A stretch of DNA of 62,088 nt, counting the filler, from Choristocarpus tenellus KU-1152 (lineage: Eukaryota; Protista; Phaeophyceae): NCBI GenBank assembly GCA_964200185.2. It is 11 parts of 11 records of this genome, joined end to end, with 100 filler letters (N's around TTAATTAATTAA, not from the genome) between each part and the next. Parts side by side here need not be neighbours in the genome. Positions count along the whole stretch, not along the records: positions 23,766 to 27,540 come from CAXNAD020017991.1; positions 27,641 to 36,776 come from CAXNAD020003954.1; positions 36,877 to 39,516 come from CAXNAD020026045.1; positions 39,617 to 50,102 come from CAXNAD020002897.1; 7 more parts are not named here. One strand, 5' to 3'. Shown one piece after another: positions 27,217 to 39,982 of this stretch (position 1 is the stretch's first letter; every line of letters starts with the position of its first letter). The notes beneath the pieces are model-generated. The model was given only the letters and a program-made list of their open reading frames with translations. It ran no database searches and was not told the DNA's origin. Made by a program: the position numbers and the translations under genes.

Positions 27217-29937
27217 CTGTATGCAGAGCCAGTACAAAATGAAGTTGATCTTAACCATATGATGCCCCCGGAAAGGGATAGAGTAGTGCAGATGGAATTG
27301 GATAGGGGGTGTATTTCACGTCTCATCTCATCTCATTGGACTGCGGTACAGCACTCACAAAAAGAAGCAATTTCATTGGTCAGCTTACGCAACAATTGCA
27401 ACAGCTCGATAGATGGCTAAAAACAGGTGAATACCCCTGGGGACACAACGTGGGTGAGAGGGACAAGGAGTGTGTGATTGGGGGGGGGGGGGGGGGGGGG
27501 GGGGGGAACGCGGACGCTATAACATGAAGAAGATCTTAATNNNNNNNNNNNNNNNNNNNNNNNNNNNNNNNNNNNNNNNNNNNNTTAATTAATTAANNNN
27601 NNNNNNNNNNNNNNNNNNNNNNNNNNNNNNNNNNNNNNNNCTTTTCCTGTTTTTGCTTCAAATGGACTCCCTGGTGTAGACCCCCCCCCCCCCCTCAGAT
27701 ACTTTGGGTCTCTCTCTCTCTCTCTTTCTCTCTCTCCACTATATGGTTGTATGATATGGACACTTTGCCAGGTCCACGATATATGTGAAGTTTCGTTCCC
27801 ATCACCACAAATTCATCTTATATTGCATCATATTTTGCAAAACAGGAGCGAATGATTGCACACTTTCCGTCCTACAAAGATGCCCTTGTGAAGACTGGAT
27901 GTGAGAGTACCGAGGCAACTATGTGTAATCAGAGAGTTCCCAAGGTGTTGGTGTTTCTGTGATAGACACTTTATCCATATGTTACAGGCTGTATGCTCGA
28001 ACAATATTGATACTTAGTTCCCCTTACATCAAGATATTTCAAGCGTCCACACTCCTCTTACATTTTCTAATTACTACATTCGTCCAGACTTTATTCTAGT
28101 TCTTATCGCAAAGCAGAGCAAAGGTCTTTATATCACTCAAAGGACTGCTTTTTGAGGCTGAATGAAGCACCGTTTGCTTTTTTTGTGCATGCTTTCTAGA
28201 TGCACTTTCTAGACTTGCGATGACCATAGATAGCGATCCGCAAACGAAATTGCCATGGGTAGGTAGGTACAAGATTCAAGGGAGGAGGCGGAGCGATGAG
28301 CGGTGGAATGACTGAGCCTAATGTTCAAGAAGGAAGACATGAATGGAGGCAGTACAACTAGCTAGTTGTAGTACAACAATTTGTTACCATAGTAGTATGA
28401 GAAGTAGTGCGGTGTCGTGCCTCTAGCCATGGGTTGGGATAGTCCACAGACAAAAGTGATGCTATGTAGTATATAAATAATACACTAGTGAGAAGGTACA
28501 TCGGAAGGAGGGTTGTGCCAACATGTTTGCCGTGATCTGACCCAGTAGGTGTAATACCCTAGGATTTATCCAATATCCTCGAAATTGAAATTCTTGTTGC
28601 AGTTTTCATTCTTGTGTTCGTTTCTGATGTCACTCTATTGAGATCAACTTACATACCCACACCATGTGGGTTAACTTCTTCTATTTTTTGTATTGTTTTG
28701 TTTTTGATTATTTTATGACAAAGTTAGGTTGGCAGTGTCCTTCAAACTTAGATGCTAGAATGAACAAGATGTCTTCATGATTTCCGCGGTTTAGAACACA
28801 AACGACACCAAAAACCAGACTCATGTTCATGGGAATCTTTGAGTTGTGAACCAGTACGGATTGTTAATATTATCAACCATATCTGTGCTCTCACATCCCC
28901 AAGAGTTACAGTTTGGATTGTGTGCAAAAACACACATGTACACCTGTACGGTGTCAGCCTCGATTTTTTTTGCTTTGGCGGCCCATCACCAACTGGGGGG
29001 CCTATACTCACAGGTGCACTATTCACCATCCATGTTCAGATTCAGATGATCAATCGCAATTTACCAGTAAGAGCTGAACCGATTCTAGGCAAGAGTTCCA
29101 TGTATTCGTAGTTCTTCGTTCACAACTACTCTAGGAGGAATCTAGTTTCAATTATTCCAAGTCCATGCATGGGAAGCACACTAGATTTAGCAATTGTTGT
29201 TCCCTTGTATAATCATAGTACCAGGTCTTGCTTGTACCATCCAATCTGCCCCTATGCCACAAGAATGCCAGACCGAGAATGAGACTTCACTATTGAGGGA
29301 TGCCAATGCGGGTCAAGCACAAGATTTGCATGGGGAAGTGGAATGACAAGCGGTGGGATGACCTGTTCCTACCTGTGCAGAAGGAGATGGTCAACCCAAA
29401 CGCAGTACATGTCTGTGTAAGTGTGGTGTCTGTGCACAATCTTGACCTTAAATTGGCCGGCAAGAAATTCTTAACTGATAAAGGCATCATAGGCCAGGGC
29501 CCTAATAGCACATACGAAGTGTATCACATCCTGCACCAACTATCCCCTCAATATCGTTTTGCCGAATGGTTGGACCACAGGTAAAAGGGAAGGGGAAGGT
29601 GTCTGAAAGTATTCACAAACACCCACCACTTTGGGCCAAGTAATTGTTGATGATATCTATCTTTGAGAAAATTGTTTTGTTGCCAAATTCAGACTGTCCT
29701 TGCCAGGACTCAAATGTCATTTATCTGCAACGATATAGAAGGTGCTCCATGGATCTGTAATCTACCTGAAATGTATGGGCAAGTCACTCATGACCCCACC
29801 TGGCTGTATCATCTTAATTTGATGGAGTGTGTACCTGCATGCACTGCATGATTGCAAAGGTCTCAAAGTGTACCCTGTGCAATAATTGATTTCATGTATC
29901 GCCATATGTATCCCTTGTTACTTCTCAACTGCACGAT

Positions 29938-30197
29938 GAGTGAAAGTATCTCAGAGGGTACGAGTTTTGCCCTGTTTGTCCGTTTGGAGCTTGGCTTCCC
30001 ACTGTTTTTTTTAATGACATTTTCCTACTCCAAAATGGTTTGGAGTAGGTAAAATGTACATGTTATGAAAAGGTGTGTCTGGAACAAGGATATTCAGACT
30101 TCCTAACAAAAACAATAGTCAAAATTACATCAAAATCGCAACATTGGATTTTGGTCCCAAAATGGACGCGATTCTACCGTCTAAGATACTTTGAATC
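29938..30197 (+). mobile_element. MITE copy 1 (260 bp, Sola-like)
   Basis: TIRs GAGTGAAAGTATCTCAGAGGGTA ... TACCGTCTAAGATACTTTGAATC, flanked by the 4-bp TSD CGAT/CGAT. Confidence 0.9.
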
Positions 30198-31517
30198 CGA
30201 TCTCTTCTTTTTAATAAATCCATGAGTACTCCGTTGATTTTTCCTTGCTACCACAACCTGTGCACTGTTTCCAGTTTCCCGTCATACATCTTCTCCCTTG
30301 ACTCCTAACAACAACAGTTGCGAGGATGTATGGGAGCTAGAGGAGCTTTGCTTTTGTCTTTTTTTTATTACATCTTGGAATAATGAATTCTGCACCACCA
30401 CAAATCTAGAGTGCTGCAAGTTGTTCCTCTCAGGTTCAGTCACTCGCTGACTCTTTGGTTTCTCATGATGTTTCCGAAGCCAGTCAGTAGCCATATATGA
30501 TGAGGAAAGACACATCCCACATAGTCTACACAGTGGCAGGTTACCCATATAATTTGATCCTCAGAAAGAAGTGCTGTTGTAGTGCATGCGTCAAGAAGAA
30601 AAATGAGTAGAGCAGACCTCATGTTAGAAACCCGTGTGAATACTCATATAATGTCACAACAGATGACCAATACGCCAAAAAGAAAGCCTACTCAATCACA
30701 ATCTCCCTAGTATTTTTATTTAGAAATCCAGAGAGCAAATAGCAGTACATTCACCGATGACTTCAGTAGCTATAGTATACCCTTCCTGGTCTTCTACACC
30801 ACAAGTTGAGTATGCAACTCTAACGGTAACTGCATGACCATTATCATTACTGCAATACTTTCTAGCAACTGATCAACAAATACAAGCACCTCTGTATGGT
30901 CACTTGTTCACATATGCTGCTGCTCAGTTCCATCACATACCACGGGATCAAGTTAGTACTTCAGTAGCTTGGAGTTACTGTCAACTTCATAGGAACTTCA
31001 TACATTAACCTCACCAAACTAAGTCTTCCATATTCGAGACTCCATTGCTACTGCTGCTAGCATCACCATATATCTCAAGCCAGCACCACTGCCATGGCCA
31101 CTCCCACTGTTACTGTAGCTTTGAGAACCGCTTCCCCCACTAGCATAATCAATGATGTCACCTGACACACTGACAACATCACCATCAAAACTGACATCGA
31201 GACTATCACCATCAATACCAAACACCACAAAGCTGTCTCCACCAATATTTTCACAATGGTTCCAGCTTAACCACAGTCTCCTTTGCTGCTGCTGCAACTG
31301 CCGCTGCCACCACTTGTGCTCAACATCCACTATGTAGTCTCTTCGCTGCCTGGTCTCCTGTCGAATGATGCCAGACCAGCGCAGAGAGGGAACACATTTC
31401 ACCCAAAGGCGGAGGAGATACCTGGGTGAGATGGCTATGTTAGGTTGAGATATGTGCGATTGCGCTTGGTTAGAATACTACTGTGGTACAAAAAAATGGG
31501 CAATATTTGTCCAAATA

Positions 31518-31774
31518 GAGTGAAAGTATCTCAGAGGGTACGAGTTTTGGGCTGTTTGTCCGTTTGGGGCTTGGCTTTCCCACGAGTTTTTTTATGACAT
31601 TTTCCTACTCCAAAATGTTTCGGAGTAGGTAAAATGTATACATAATGAAAAGGTGTGTTCGGAACAAGGATATTGACACTTCCTAACAAACACGATAGCC
31701 AAAATTACATCAAAATCGCAACATTGAATTTTTTCCAAACGGACGCGGCTCTACCCTCTAAGATACCTTGACTT
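31518..31774 (+). mobile_element. MITE copy 2
   Basis: Colinear with copy 1 over its full length with the same TIRs. No TSD is recognisable. Confidence 0.88.
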
Positions 31775-31899
31775 ACACGTATGTCCAGAGTGCTCTGGTG
31801 TAGCTCCTATACAGGCTGTATAGGAATATTAGGTAAAGGGTAAGGCGCAAAGATACGCCATCATGTATGATAAGTTTCCTTGTAACTAGCCCTCCTCCT

Positions 31900-33200
31900 T
31901 GATTCCTTCTTCACACCTGGACCATCAATGCCCCTGCAGTTCTCCTTCACTGTGTTCCAAGCCCTACCGACTTTGCCTCTTCACAGGGTAAGAAAGCATT
32001 TCTAATTGAACTTATTCATGCATTGACTGTGCTATGCAGCCAAGCAGTTTATGCTGACAAGGAGAGGCATGCAGGCTATATGCTTTGACGAAATGTGTGA
32101 AGTTGGGAATGAAATCAAGAGTACACAAAAGATGGAAAGCTCAAACAGGCATGTGGTCCTCACAAAGAAAAAGGCCGCAAGCCAAAGTGTAAACATGTTC
32201 ATTGGCAAATACTCTGGGGTACAAAGTGTACATTGTAGGCACTCCCAAGTAGGTAGGTGATGTGTGCTCTGTTACAATGAGGCAAAATAATCCAAACATC
32301 TCCTTCAATAAAGATTCCTTCTGCTCTTGACAACACAAGAGTGGTAATTTGGACCAAAGGCATATCTATGCTAAGATTTGGTTGTTTAGTGTAGCTTCTA
32401 TTCTCATAATTGAATTGTTTACCATTCGTCCTCATGCTGCGGGCCCATTATCATTAAATGGAAACCATAATTTCTACTCCACACCAACATGTTGGGGGCA
32501 GTGCTAACATTATTTTTCAACTATTTAGCTATTGCAAGACAACAAGTACAATATGTTGCACTGGGCTGAGCACCCTACATATTTCAAGAGTCATGCCCAG
32601 ACCCAGAAAAGGGGTGGAATGCAAGTTCTATGTGACATGCCAAAAGTAGGTACATTCCCAACTGCCTGCATCATGTGTGTATGTGTGGAGGGTCGGGATC
32701 ATGACAATATCATATTTGTGGGCTTAAGCACCTGAAGAAGGTGGAAAGATTCCCTTGCCCAGGACTGCGTGTGTTTGCAATTAATTCTTTTGATATAGAT
32801 TATTGGCAAACCGATGGTAGTGAGGTGATAGCAGAATAGGAGATACCTGCAGAAGAACTTACGTAATACTTTAGTGATCCTACATCTAGTACATTGCATT
32901 GCTAATCTCTACCAAGGTGCTCGATGGGTGGTTCTCAGCCTGCTGGTTTCGGCATCCCAAATACAAAACACCTTTAAAGTGGGCATACCCTGTGAGTGTG
33001 AGCAAAACTGTGAGTAGACACGAACCGCCAGACATAACTCTTCGAGCAGGGCAAACGGAGACCAACAGTATTCCTCAGTGTTGGTGAGATGTTGGTGGTG
33101 GCCTCTAATAAGGAGGATACTCCTGTCATACTGTTTAAGATGTCGAGAAAGGTAGGTAGGGTGGCCACGTCTCTTTGTTACTACTACTGGATACTAAGAG
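31900..33200 (+). mobile_element. Possible decayed Mutator/MULE-like transposase remnant
   Basis: Broken ORFs contain STQKMESSN (cf. MULE TxNxxESxN) followed by CDMPKVGTFPTACIMCVC (possibly a degenerate SWIM finger). Many stops. Confidence 0.25.
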
Positions 33201-36200
33201 CACTGCTAACTGGACCGACCTCAGAACACTATCTTCTTGCAAAAGTACAAACTGAAACTTGACACTACCAGAGAAATTGCGACCTCAACTATCTCATTTT
33301 GTTTTGGTCAAGTGAAATGTAGACTTTCTATTCTTACCATACTATTGGTGCAGTGCACAGGGGAGCCCCACTGTCTTTGAGGAACCCTCATTGCCACTCT
33401 TTTCAATACCAACCTTGCCATTGAATCATGTCCCATTCTTCGGTTTTTAGTCTTCTTCTGCTCCGAGGGCAACAAGAGGGAGCTGGGCTCATGTCCTAGT
33501 CAACCAACCAATTTGCAGAGTTTGGAATGGGAGAGATGCCCATATTTTGTTTGGTGTAGTTAATCAATCATGCTAAAGGTATTATTTGGTGATAGAGCAT
33601 ACAAGCATTGTATGTACCAAATGAAAATTTACAGATGTGTCGGGGTAGGTATTTGACAAAGGCCAAAACAAAATAGACTACAAGAACCTCTGCAACGCTA
33701 TTACTTTGAGCTTTTGCTGCGAATATACTTCCTTCTTAAGCTGTACTAACTAAAGACAATCACTAATGGTTTTGTTCCAAGAAATTCACAATACTACACT
33801 CAAAGATATCCCAGCCCTAGGGGGTGGTCGAAAAGATACATATACAGTGGAAAATCCTAAGAATATGTAAGACCCTTTCTGCCCCACCGGTCCAATATCT
33901 CCATCTTGAAATACATGACATGCCTCGAGAGAGTTACCAGTGTAGTTGTTGTTGATACTCTCTTACGCATACCTGAGAGTTGTAGTGCTTTTGAAATAGT
34001 AGTATATACTAAATGCTAAGACAAACAGATGAAACTACCCCTAAAATGGCTCGAATGCGACATGAACAAATCGTCCACCTACCTCGATTACCTCCCTTCT
34101 CATCATCAATGCCATTATCACTGACATGCTTGCTCAAGTGATCAGATCTACATTCACCACAATTATGGCTCCCTGGACTCCCTATCCCCAGGAAGGATGG
34201 TGTCACTGGATACAAACCTATTTCTTCAAGAGTTTCTGGTCGATTTGCTCTCATTCTCCCCAGTTGCCACTTCCATGTACTCTTTAATCTTGGGCGGGAC
34301 TGAAGATGCAATGCACGGTTCAGTCCCTCCCTTGCCCCTGCCGCTGTTCCTGCTCATAAACCTTCATGTGTGGAGGCCATTCCAGCACCCACCGTACTCA
34401 TCATCCTTGCTCTGCACTTAACCTTATCCTTTCCAAGGTCTTGCCGATCTTTGCAATCTTGAACTCTAACCATTTTCCCACAGCAAGCCTTCTGACCTTC
34501 TCCTGCACTGCCCGCTCTTTGCCATGGTGAAATTTCGACTCTCGTGTTTGTATAACAGAATTTTCGAAGTATGATTATTGCTGGCACCACCCACTGTATC
34601 TGCTTGAGAACCTTTTGTAGAGCATGTTACATCTTCAGCATGGGTGCAAAGTACAAAATCTGCTCAAAGCTAACCGCAAATTGATGATGTTCAAGATTAC
34701 TTCTGTGTGTCCCTTGTTTGTAATACAAGTCCGTGAAGATATTCCGCAGTTCATCACACCTTCATTAGTGAGTTCAGCACCACACTCTATTCCTGAAGCT
34801 CAACAACACGTACCTTGCTGTTACTCACAGCGCTAGTGGTGGTCAGGCTCCACTAATGGCACCCGTTGTACCGCACCCAGAAAGTGCGGCTGCTGAGGTC
34901 TGGCAGCTCATGCACGTTAAGCTTCTTGGTTGTCATGTTGGGTGTGACCATCCTTACGGTAGTCAGTGCAGTTTGAATGTGCTGACAACTGCTATTGTGG
35001 TCTTCCGTGCAGTTGATGAGGGAGGGGGAAGAATTATCGAAGGGGATTGTAACCAGAACAAGTACCATTGTGCCTCAATGTTGTCTTGGCAAAGAAAATG
35101 GTTCACACCAACCAGTACCCGGGTGTTTGCCCCTTACGAGGACAACCCACCATTTATCAAAATTCATGAGTCAATGCCAAAGTGTATTGCATGATCGGTT
35201 GTGGTATATTGTTAAGTACTTAATGCATGCTACATGCTACAATACGATACCTTCAAGAACGCAGCATCTATCTGTACGGCTGTATGCCTTTTTGGGATGG
35301 CACATACAAAGCATGCCCCTTTCTACTGCTCTCGACACTAGACTAAGGCAATGTTTTCTTCTTCACTCCTGTGCTCACATATGCTGAGGACATGTGCTCA
35401 ACCACCTCTGGCATGCCAGTCCCCTATCCTACTTCTTTTTCTCGCTCTCCAACCCCCTCCTTTCTTAGATCCTCACATTATAGAGGTTGCTAATTGCCTG
35501 CAGGGTTAAATGATCCCCATCAGTGCTCACACATCTCATCTATCGTACAAATGTGTCCATGGGTATGGATTGACCACCAGCCTGCACTTTGGCGACCAAA
35601 CACAGGAGACACAAAGGAAAGGAAAGTGTATCAGTGGAAGCGGGCCCAGAGAGGGAGTGAAGAGAGGAGAGTGGTAGGTGTAGGGGTAGATGGGCCAAGG
35701 ATGTATAGAGATGGTGGAAGGGAAGTGGAAGGGAAGTGGAAGGGAAGGAACAAACACCGAAATACAGCACGATACTGCGCATAGTGCGATTTTGACTAGA
35801 GGGTACCCACTTTCATCTGAGTCCTGGTTCGGGCCACTGCATTTCCCAAGAAGAATTGGAGCACATCACTGTTACGCTTGATGTGGTCAACGGCTAGCTC
35901 CTTGTGCAGGGAAAATTAGACTAACAAGGGGCACAGTGAGAACTGGGCTGGTGTCATAAATAAATACTTGTAATGGCCATGTTGAGAACTGCCGAGGGCA
36001 ATAGGCTGGATAAGGCAGGGCACGGAAAGGAGAAGGCATCACTCACATTGCATACTTATCAAATCGCTGTCAACGTGTCCATTCTGAGACAAACCTTTAT
36101 CTCTTGCCTACACCCTGACGTGACAAGCCTCCTTGGCAGTCCTTGTTTCTCTCCACTCAATCTAGAAACACTAGCCGCCCAATTACATGTGTGAATTCAA

Positions 36201-36392
36201 AGCAAGCTCTATCCCTGCAATGGTACCCTGCCGCCCAGTAAGGGCAAAGCAACCCAGCACAGTTTCTCATCTGCAGCGATATAGGAGGTTGAGTTAGGCA
36301 CAATTGCAGCAGCACATTCATGACATACCGGTATACTCCTAATATTGCCATCCCCATGTAATATACCATCCTGGTTCATTTCACAGGGTGAT

Positions 36393-36649
36393 GAGTGAAA
36401 ATATCTGAGAAGGTAGAGCTGCGTCTATTCGAGAGCCAAAATCCAACGTTGTGATTTTGATTTAATTTGGTTCTTGTGTTTGTTATAAAGTGTCAATATG
36501 CTTATTCTGGACACACCTTACCATAATACACACATTTTACCTACTCTGAAACATTTTGGAGTAGGAAAATGTCACAAAAAAATCGTGGGAAGCCAAGCCG
36601 CAAATGGACAAATAGGGCAAAACTCGTACCCTCCAAGATATTTTCACTC
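36393..36649 (-). mobile_element. MITE copy 3 (reverse orientation)
   Basis: Reverse complement of copy 1 with TIRs GAGTGAAAATATCT...AGATATTTTCACTC. Flanks TGAT/TAAT form a TSD with one mismatch. Confidence 0.88.
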
Positions 36650-37031
36650 TAATGTCTAGTCGGAACCCCTCGTATACATGGACATCAAGCAGTTGGTGTG
36701 TCATGGAGCTGAATTGGCAAGCTCCCAACCCTGGAGTGGTTGGATGTGTCAAGTAGTAGAGGAATGGCAAAGGTCTNNNNNNNNNNNNNNNNNNNNNNNN
36801 NNNNNNNNNNNNNNNNNNNNTTAATTAATTAANNNNNNNNNNNNNNNNNNNNNNNNNNNNNNNNNNNNNNNNNNNNGAAGGGGCTGGGGGAGGGGGGGGG
36901 GTTCAGGGAAATGCATCCCATTGCCTGCTCGTGGCATGCGGATGTTTCTCCAGACTAAATACTGCGCTTGTTACATTGTTTGAATTGATGTTAATATTGC
37001 ATTATGACTCAAGAGGTGCAAACCTTTCACT

Positions 37032-37067
<36 letters not shown>

Positions 37068-37094
37068 GGTATGTTTGTGTCACATGGATGGCAG

Positions 37095-37255
37095 AGGCCC
37101 TGGCTGCGGTTGACATTACCGGGGAGCCATCCCTGGTGCTCATTCCGCAGGCACTGACTGACGTAGGGAATGAAGATCTGGAGATGAACTTGGCAGGCAT
37201 AGATGCACTGGAGCAGCTTGATGATGTAGACATGGTTGACCACAACATGGCATAG
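37095..37255 (+). CDS. YebC/PmpR/TACO1-family protein, terminal exon
   Basis: EALAAVDITGEPSLVLIPQALTDVGNEDLEMNLAGIDALEQLDDVDMVDHNMA* matches the family C-terminus (xxPxxxxxxxxEDxxxxxxLxxxLExxDDVxxVxHN). CAG acceptor follows a (TG)n tract. Confidence 0.85.
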
Positions 37256-38097
37256 GTAGGTAGGCAGCAGCAGAAGGTGGTGGACGTGCTTGCTTCATGG
37301 ATTGGGAGGTCTACTAGAATATATTTCTGGCTTCAGTATAAGTAGGACCTATTGTTGTTTGTATAGTGGTGATACTCCGTTTCTGACTTGAAGCACTCGA
37401 GAGAATCTGGACAACATCGAGAAGGTTAAATTGACTTCGAACAACAACATCGCCCACTCACTTGTAGTATATACTACGAGCCCTGTTATCAGGGAGGTAT
37501 ACAAGAAGATATACAAGAAGACGATTAATTCCTTTAAGAGTCAGCACCTATTGCTGTATTGGTAGTAGTAGACCTAAGATGTCATTCGGCATAGTGGACT
37601 TCAGCTTTTGCACTCTCGCATGAGGAGTTGTCAAGAGCTGTGGGGATCGCCTCAGGTCTTTCACTGTTTCTTGTGTTAGAAAGGCAAGGTGAAGGTAAAA
37701 TCGGTAAGCTGGCAGGTGGAGGAGTGGATGAGGCCCCCATGGAGCAGAGCAAAAAATACATGTTGCAGAGGCAAAGAACCCCTCACCCCAAAATGGATAG
37801 TTAAACTCTATTAGCACAAGAGGTGATTCAAACTAAGAGTGTATAGGTGCTCCTAAGGCCGCAGACATAAGAGCATGTGCAATTTGTTCACTACTGGTGC
37901 GGAGCCAAGGAACGGAGGGGGGGGGGGGGGGGAGGTCACAATGGAAGAAGAGCACCAAGGTTGTTACAGGTATGGCGGAGGTGAAAACACACACTTAACT
38001 GTTGTTTGGCAAGGGGCGTATTTATACTTTTAAGTATTGTTTTTCTTGCTAGTTGATTTAAAAGAGGAATAGCACGCATAAGCCTATTACGATTTAT

Positions 38098-38175
38098 CAA
38101 TTCAGGAAGGAGTGATACACCAATTCAGGAAGGAGTGATACACCAATTCAGGAAGGATTGATACACCAATTCAGG
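38098..38175 (+). repeat. 23-bp tandem repeat x3 (CAATTCAGGAAGGAGTGATACAC)
   Basis: Three near-identical adjacent units plus a partial unit. Confidence 0.9.
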
Positions 38176-38822
38176 ACAGTGTTGCTGCCCCGTAAGAAAT
38201 GTGACTAGATGCGTGAGAGTTGAAACACTTCCTCCACAAGAACTGAGGCTCGCATAGTAGATTGTTGCAGTACCTGTTTATGGTCTGCAAGTTGCGAAGG
38301 ATGATATTAGCCATAAGTAACTTGGTGGGTTCATTATTCACAGTGTGTGCAAGTGATAGATGCATCTCATTGTATTACACTAAAAGGGCAAGGCTGGCTG
38401 AGGGAGCATTGATCGTATTGTACGTACCTTTAAAGCCCAATATGTAGTATGATCGGAAATGGGCAAGGAGTATTTAAGTGGTGGAAACACTCTGGAGCAG
38501 TTATGCACTAGTGAGTGTCCTTGTGGCTCAGTGGGTAAGGAGATTGTTTGTTGTATGAATTTTGCGGGTTTGAACCCCAAAAACACCACAGTTTTTTTAG
38601 TGGAAGAAATGTTTTTGATTATCCCAAGTGGGGCAACCGGAATGGATTTTATGCCTGTACTGTCCTGTCTGTCACTATACCACAAAAAATGCTGGACCAA
38701 GATCGAGAGGGCAATATTGAGGAGGGCTTAACCCGTTGAACCAAGTAATTCATCCCTACAGAGGTCATATGAGGCATGAACCACTCTTGTACTATGGGGT
38801 GCATAATCTTGTAAGTACAAAC

Positions 38823-39080
38823 GAGTCAAAGGACCTTAGAGGGTAGGGTCGCGTCCATTCGGCAACCAAAATCCAATGTTGAAAGTTTGATAAAATTTTG
38901 GCAATCGTGTTTGTTAGGAAGTGTCAATACCCTTGTTCCAGGCACACCCTTTCAGAACATAAACATTTTACCTACTCCAGACCATTTCGGAGTATGTGAA
39001 ACATCATAAAAACCCGTTGGACTCCAACCCCCATATGAACAAACAGGACAAAATTCCTACCCTCTAAGATAATTTCACTC
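38823..39080 (-). mobile_element. MITE copy 4 (reverse orientation)
   Basis: TIRs GAGTCAAAGGACCTTAGAGGGTAG ... CTACCCTCTAAGATAATTTCACTC with a perfect 4-bp TSD AAAC/AAAC. Confidence 0.9.
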
Positions 39081-39982
39081 AAACACTTGGACAGTTTAGT
39101 GGAATGGGTTTGATGGGGAGAGGGGAGAGGGAGAGACAACAATTTTGATTATTTGGACATTTTGTTCCGCTTTGTTGTGGGAGGGGTATCAGGGGCTGTA
39201 ATTATTCAGGTTGAAGTTACAATAATTGCAGTAATAACACAAATTATATTTTTACTTTACCTATAGTTATTTTTTGTCAGGATTTGCATATTTTTAGTTA
39301 TTTGTCGCTCACATACCACACCAGAGTGTAAGGAAAATGTGCTGTACTATACTTCGAAGTACTATACCATACTGGAATTGTGAGTGTGATTTTTGAAGGT
39401 ATGTTGATAGGATATGATAAATGATTAAACAATATTGCTGTGTTAGGCAGGGTCCAATCAGTCGTGGTGGGTGTTAAGAATCACCAGTGTGTCATGGTGG
39501 GGTGCTTCCCCGAGCTNNNNNNNNNNNNNNNNNNNNNNNNNNNNNNNNNNNNNNNNNNNNTTAATTAATTAANNNNNNNNNNNNNNNNNNNNNNNNNNNN
39601 NNNNNNNNNNNNNNNNCCAAATTTTTGTCCTCTTCACGCCATTGGCCCCCCCACTGCCCTTCCCCCCCCCCCCAACCATTGACACCTTGACCACGCTCAC
39701 TGTCACAAGGGGTTTCATGAATCACACCCGAGGACTAGTCTGGGACTGTTCCAAAAACACGAACACCCAGCCAGCACCATGATACATAGTAAGACCTCAC
39801 TCACTGAGGATACTAAAACAGCTACAGACACCATAACACTAAAACATACTAACACTAAAACAGTATTCAACAACATCTAGCACTCTAACTTCAAAGTCAT
39901 TACTCAAGAGGTTACGGTGAAGATGGTGACATCATCAAACACTTCCATAACACTTCCATAGCACCTCGCTATAACACCTCAC

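Noticed and set aside
31019-31402. 127-aa Gly/Ser/Gln-rich ORF
   Set aside because: It is low-complexity triplet-rich sequence with no splice or domain support.
34050-34085. Possible reverse-transcriptase YVDDL motif on the minus strand (*VDDLF)
   Set aside because: It needs a stop-to-Tyr correction and has no flanking RT motifs, so the evidence is insufficient.
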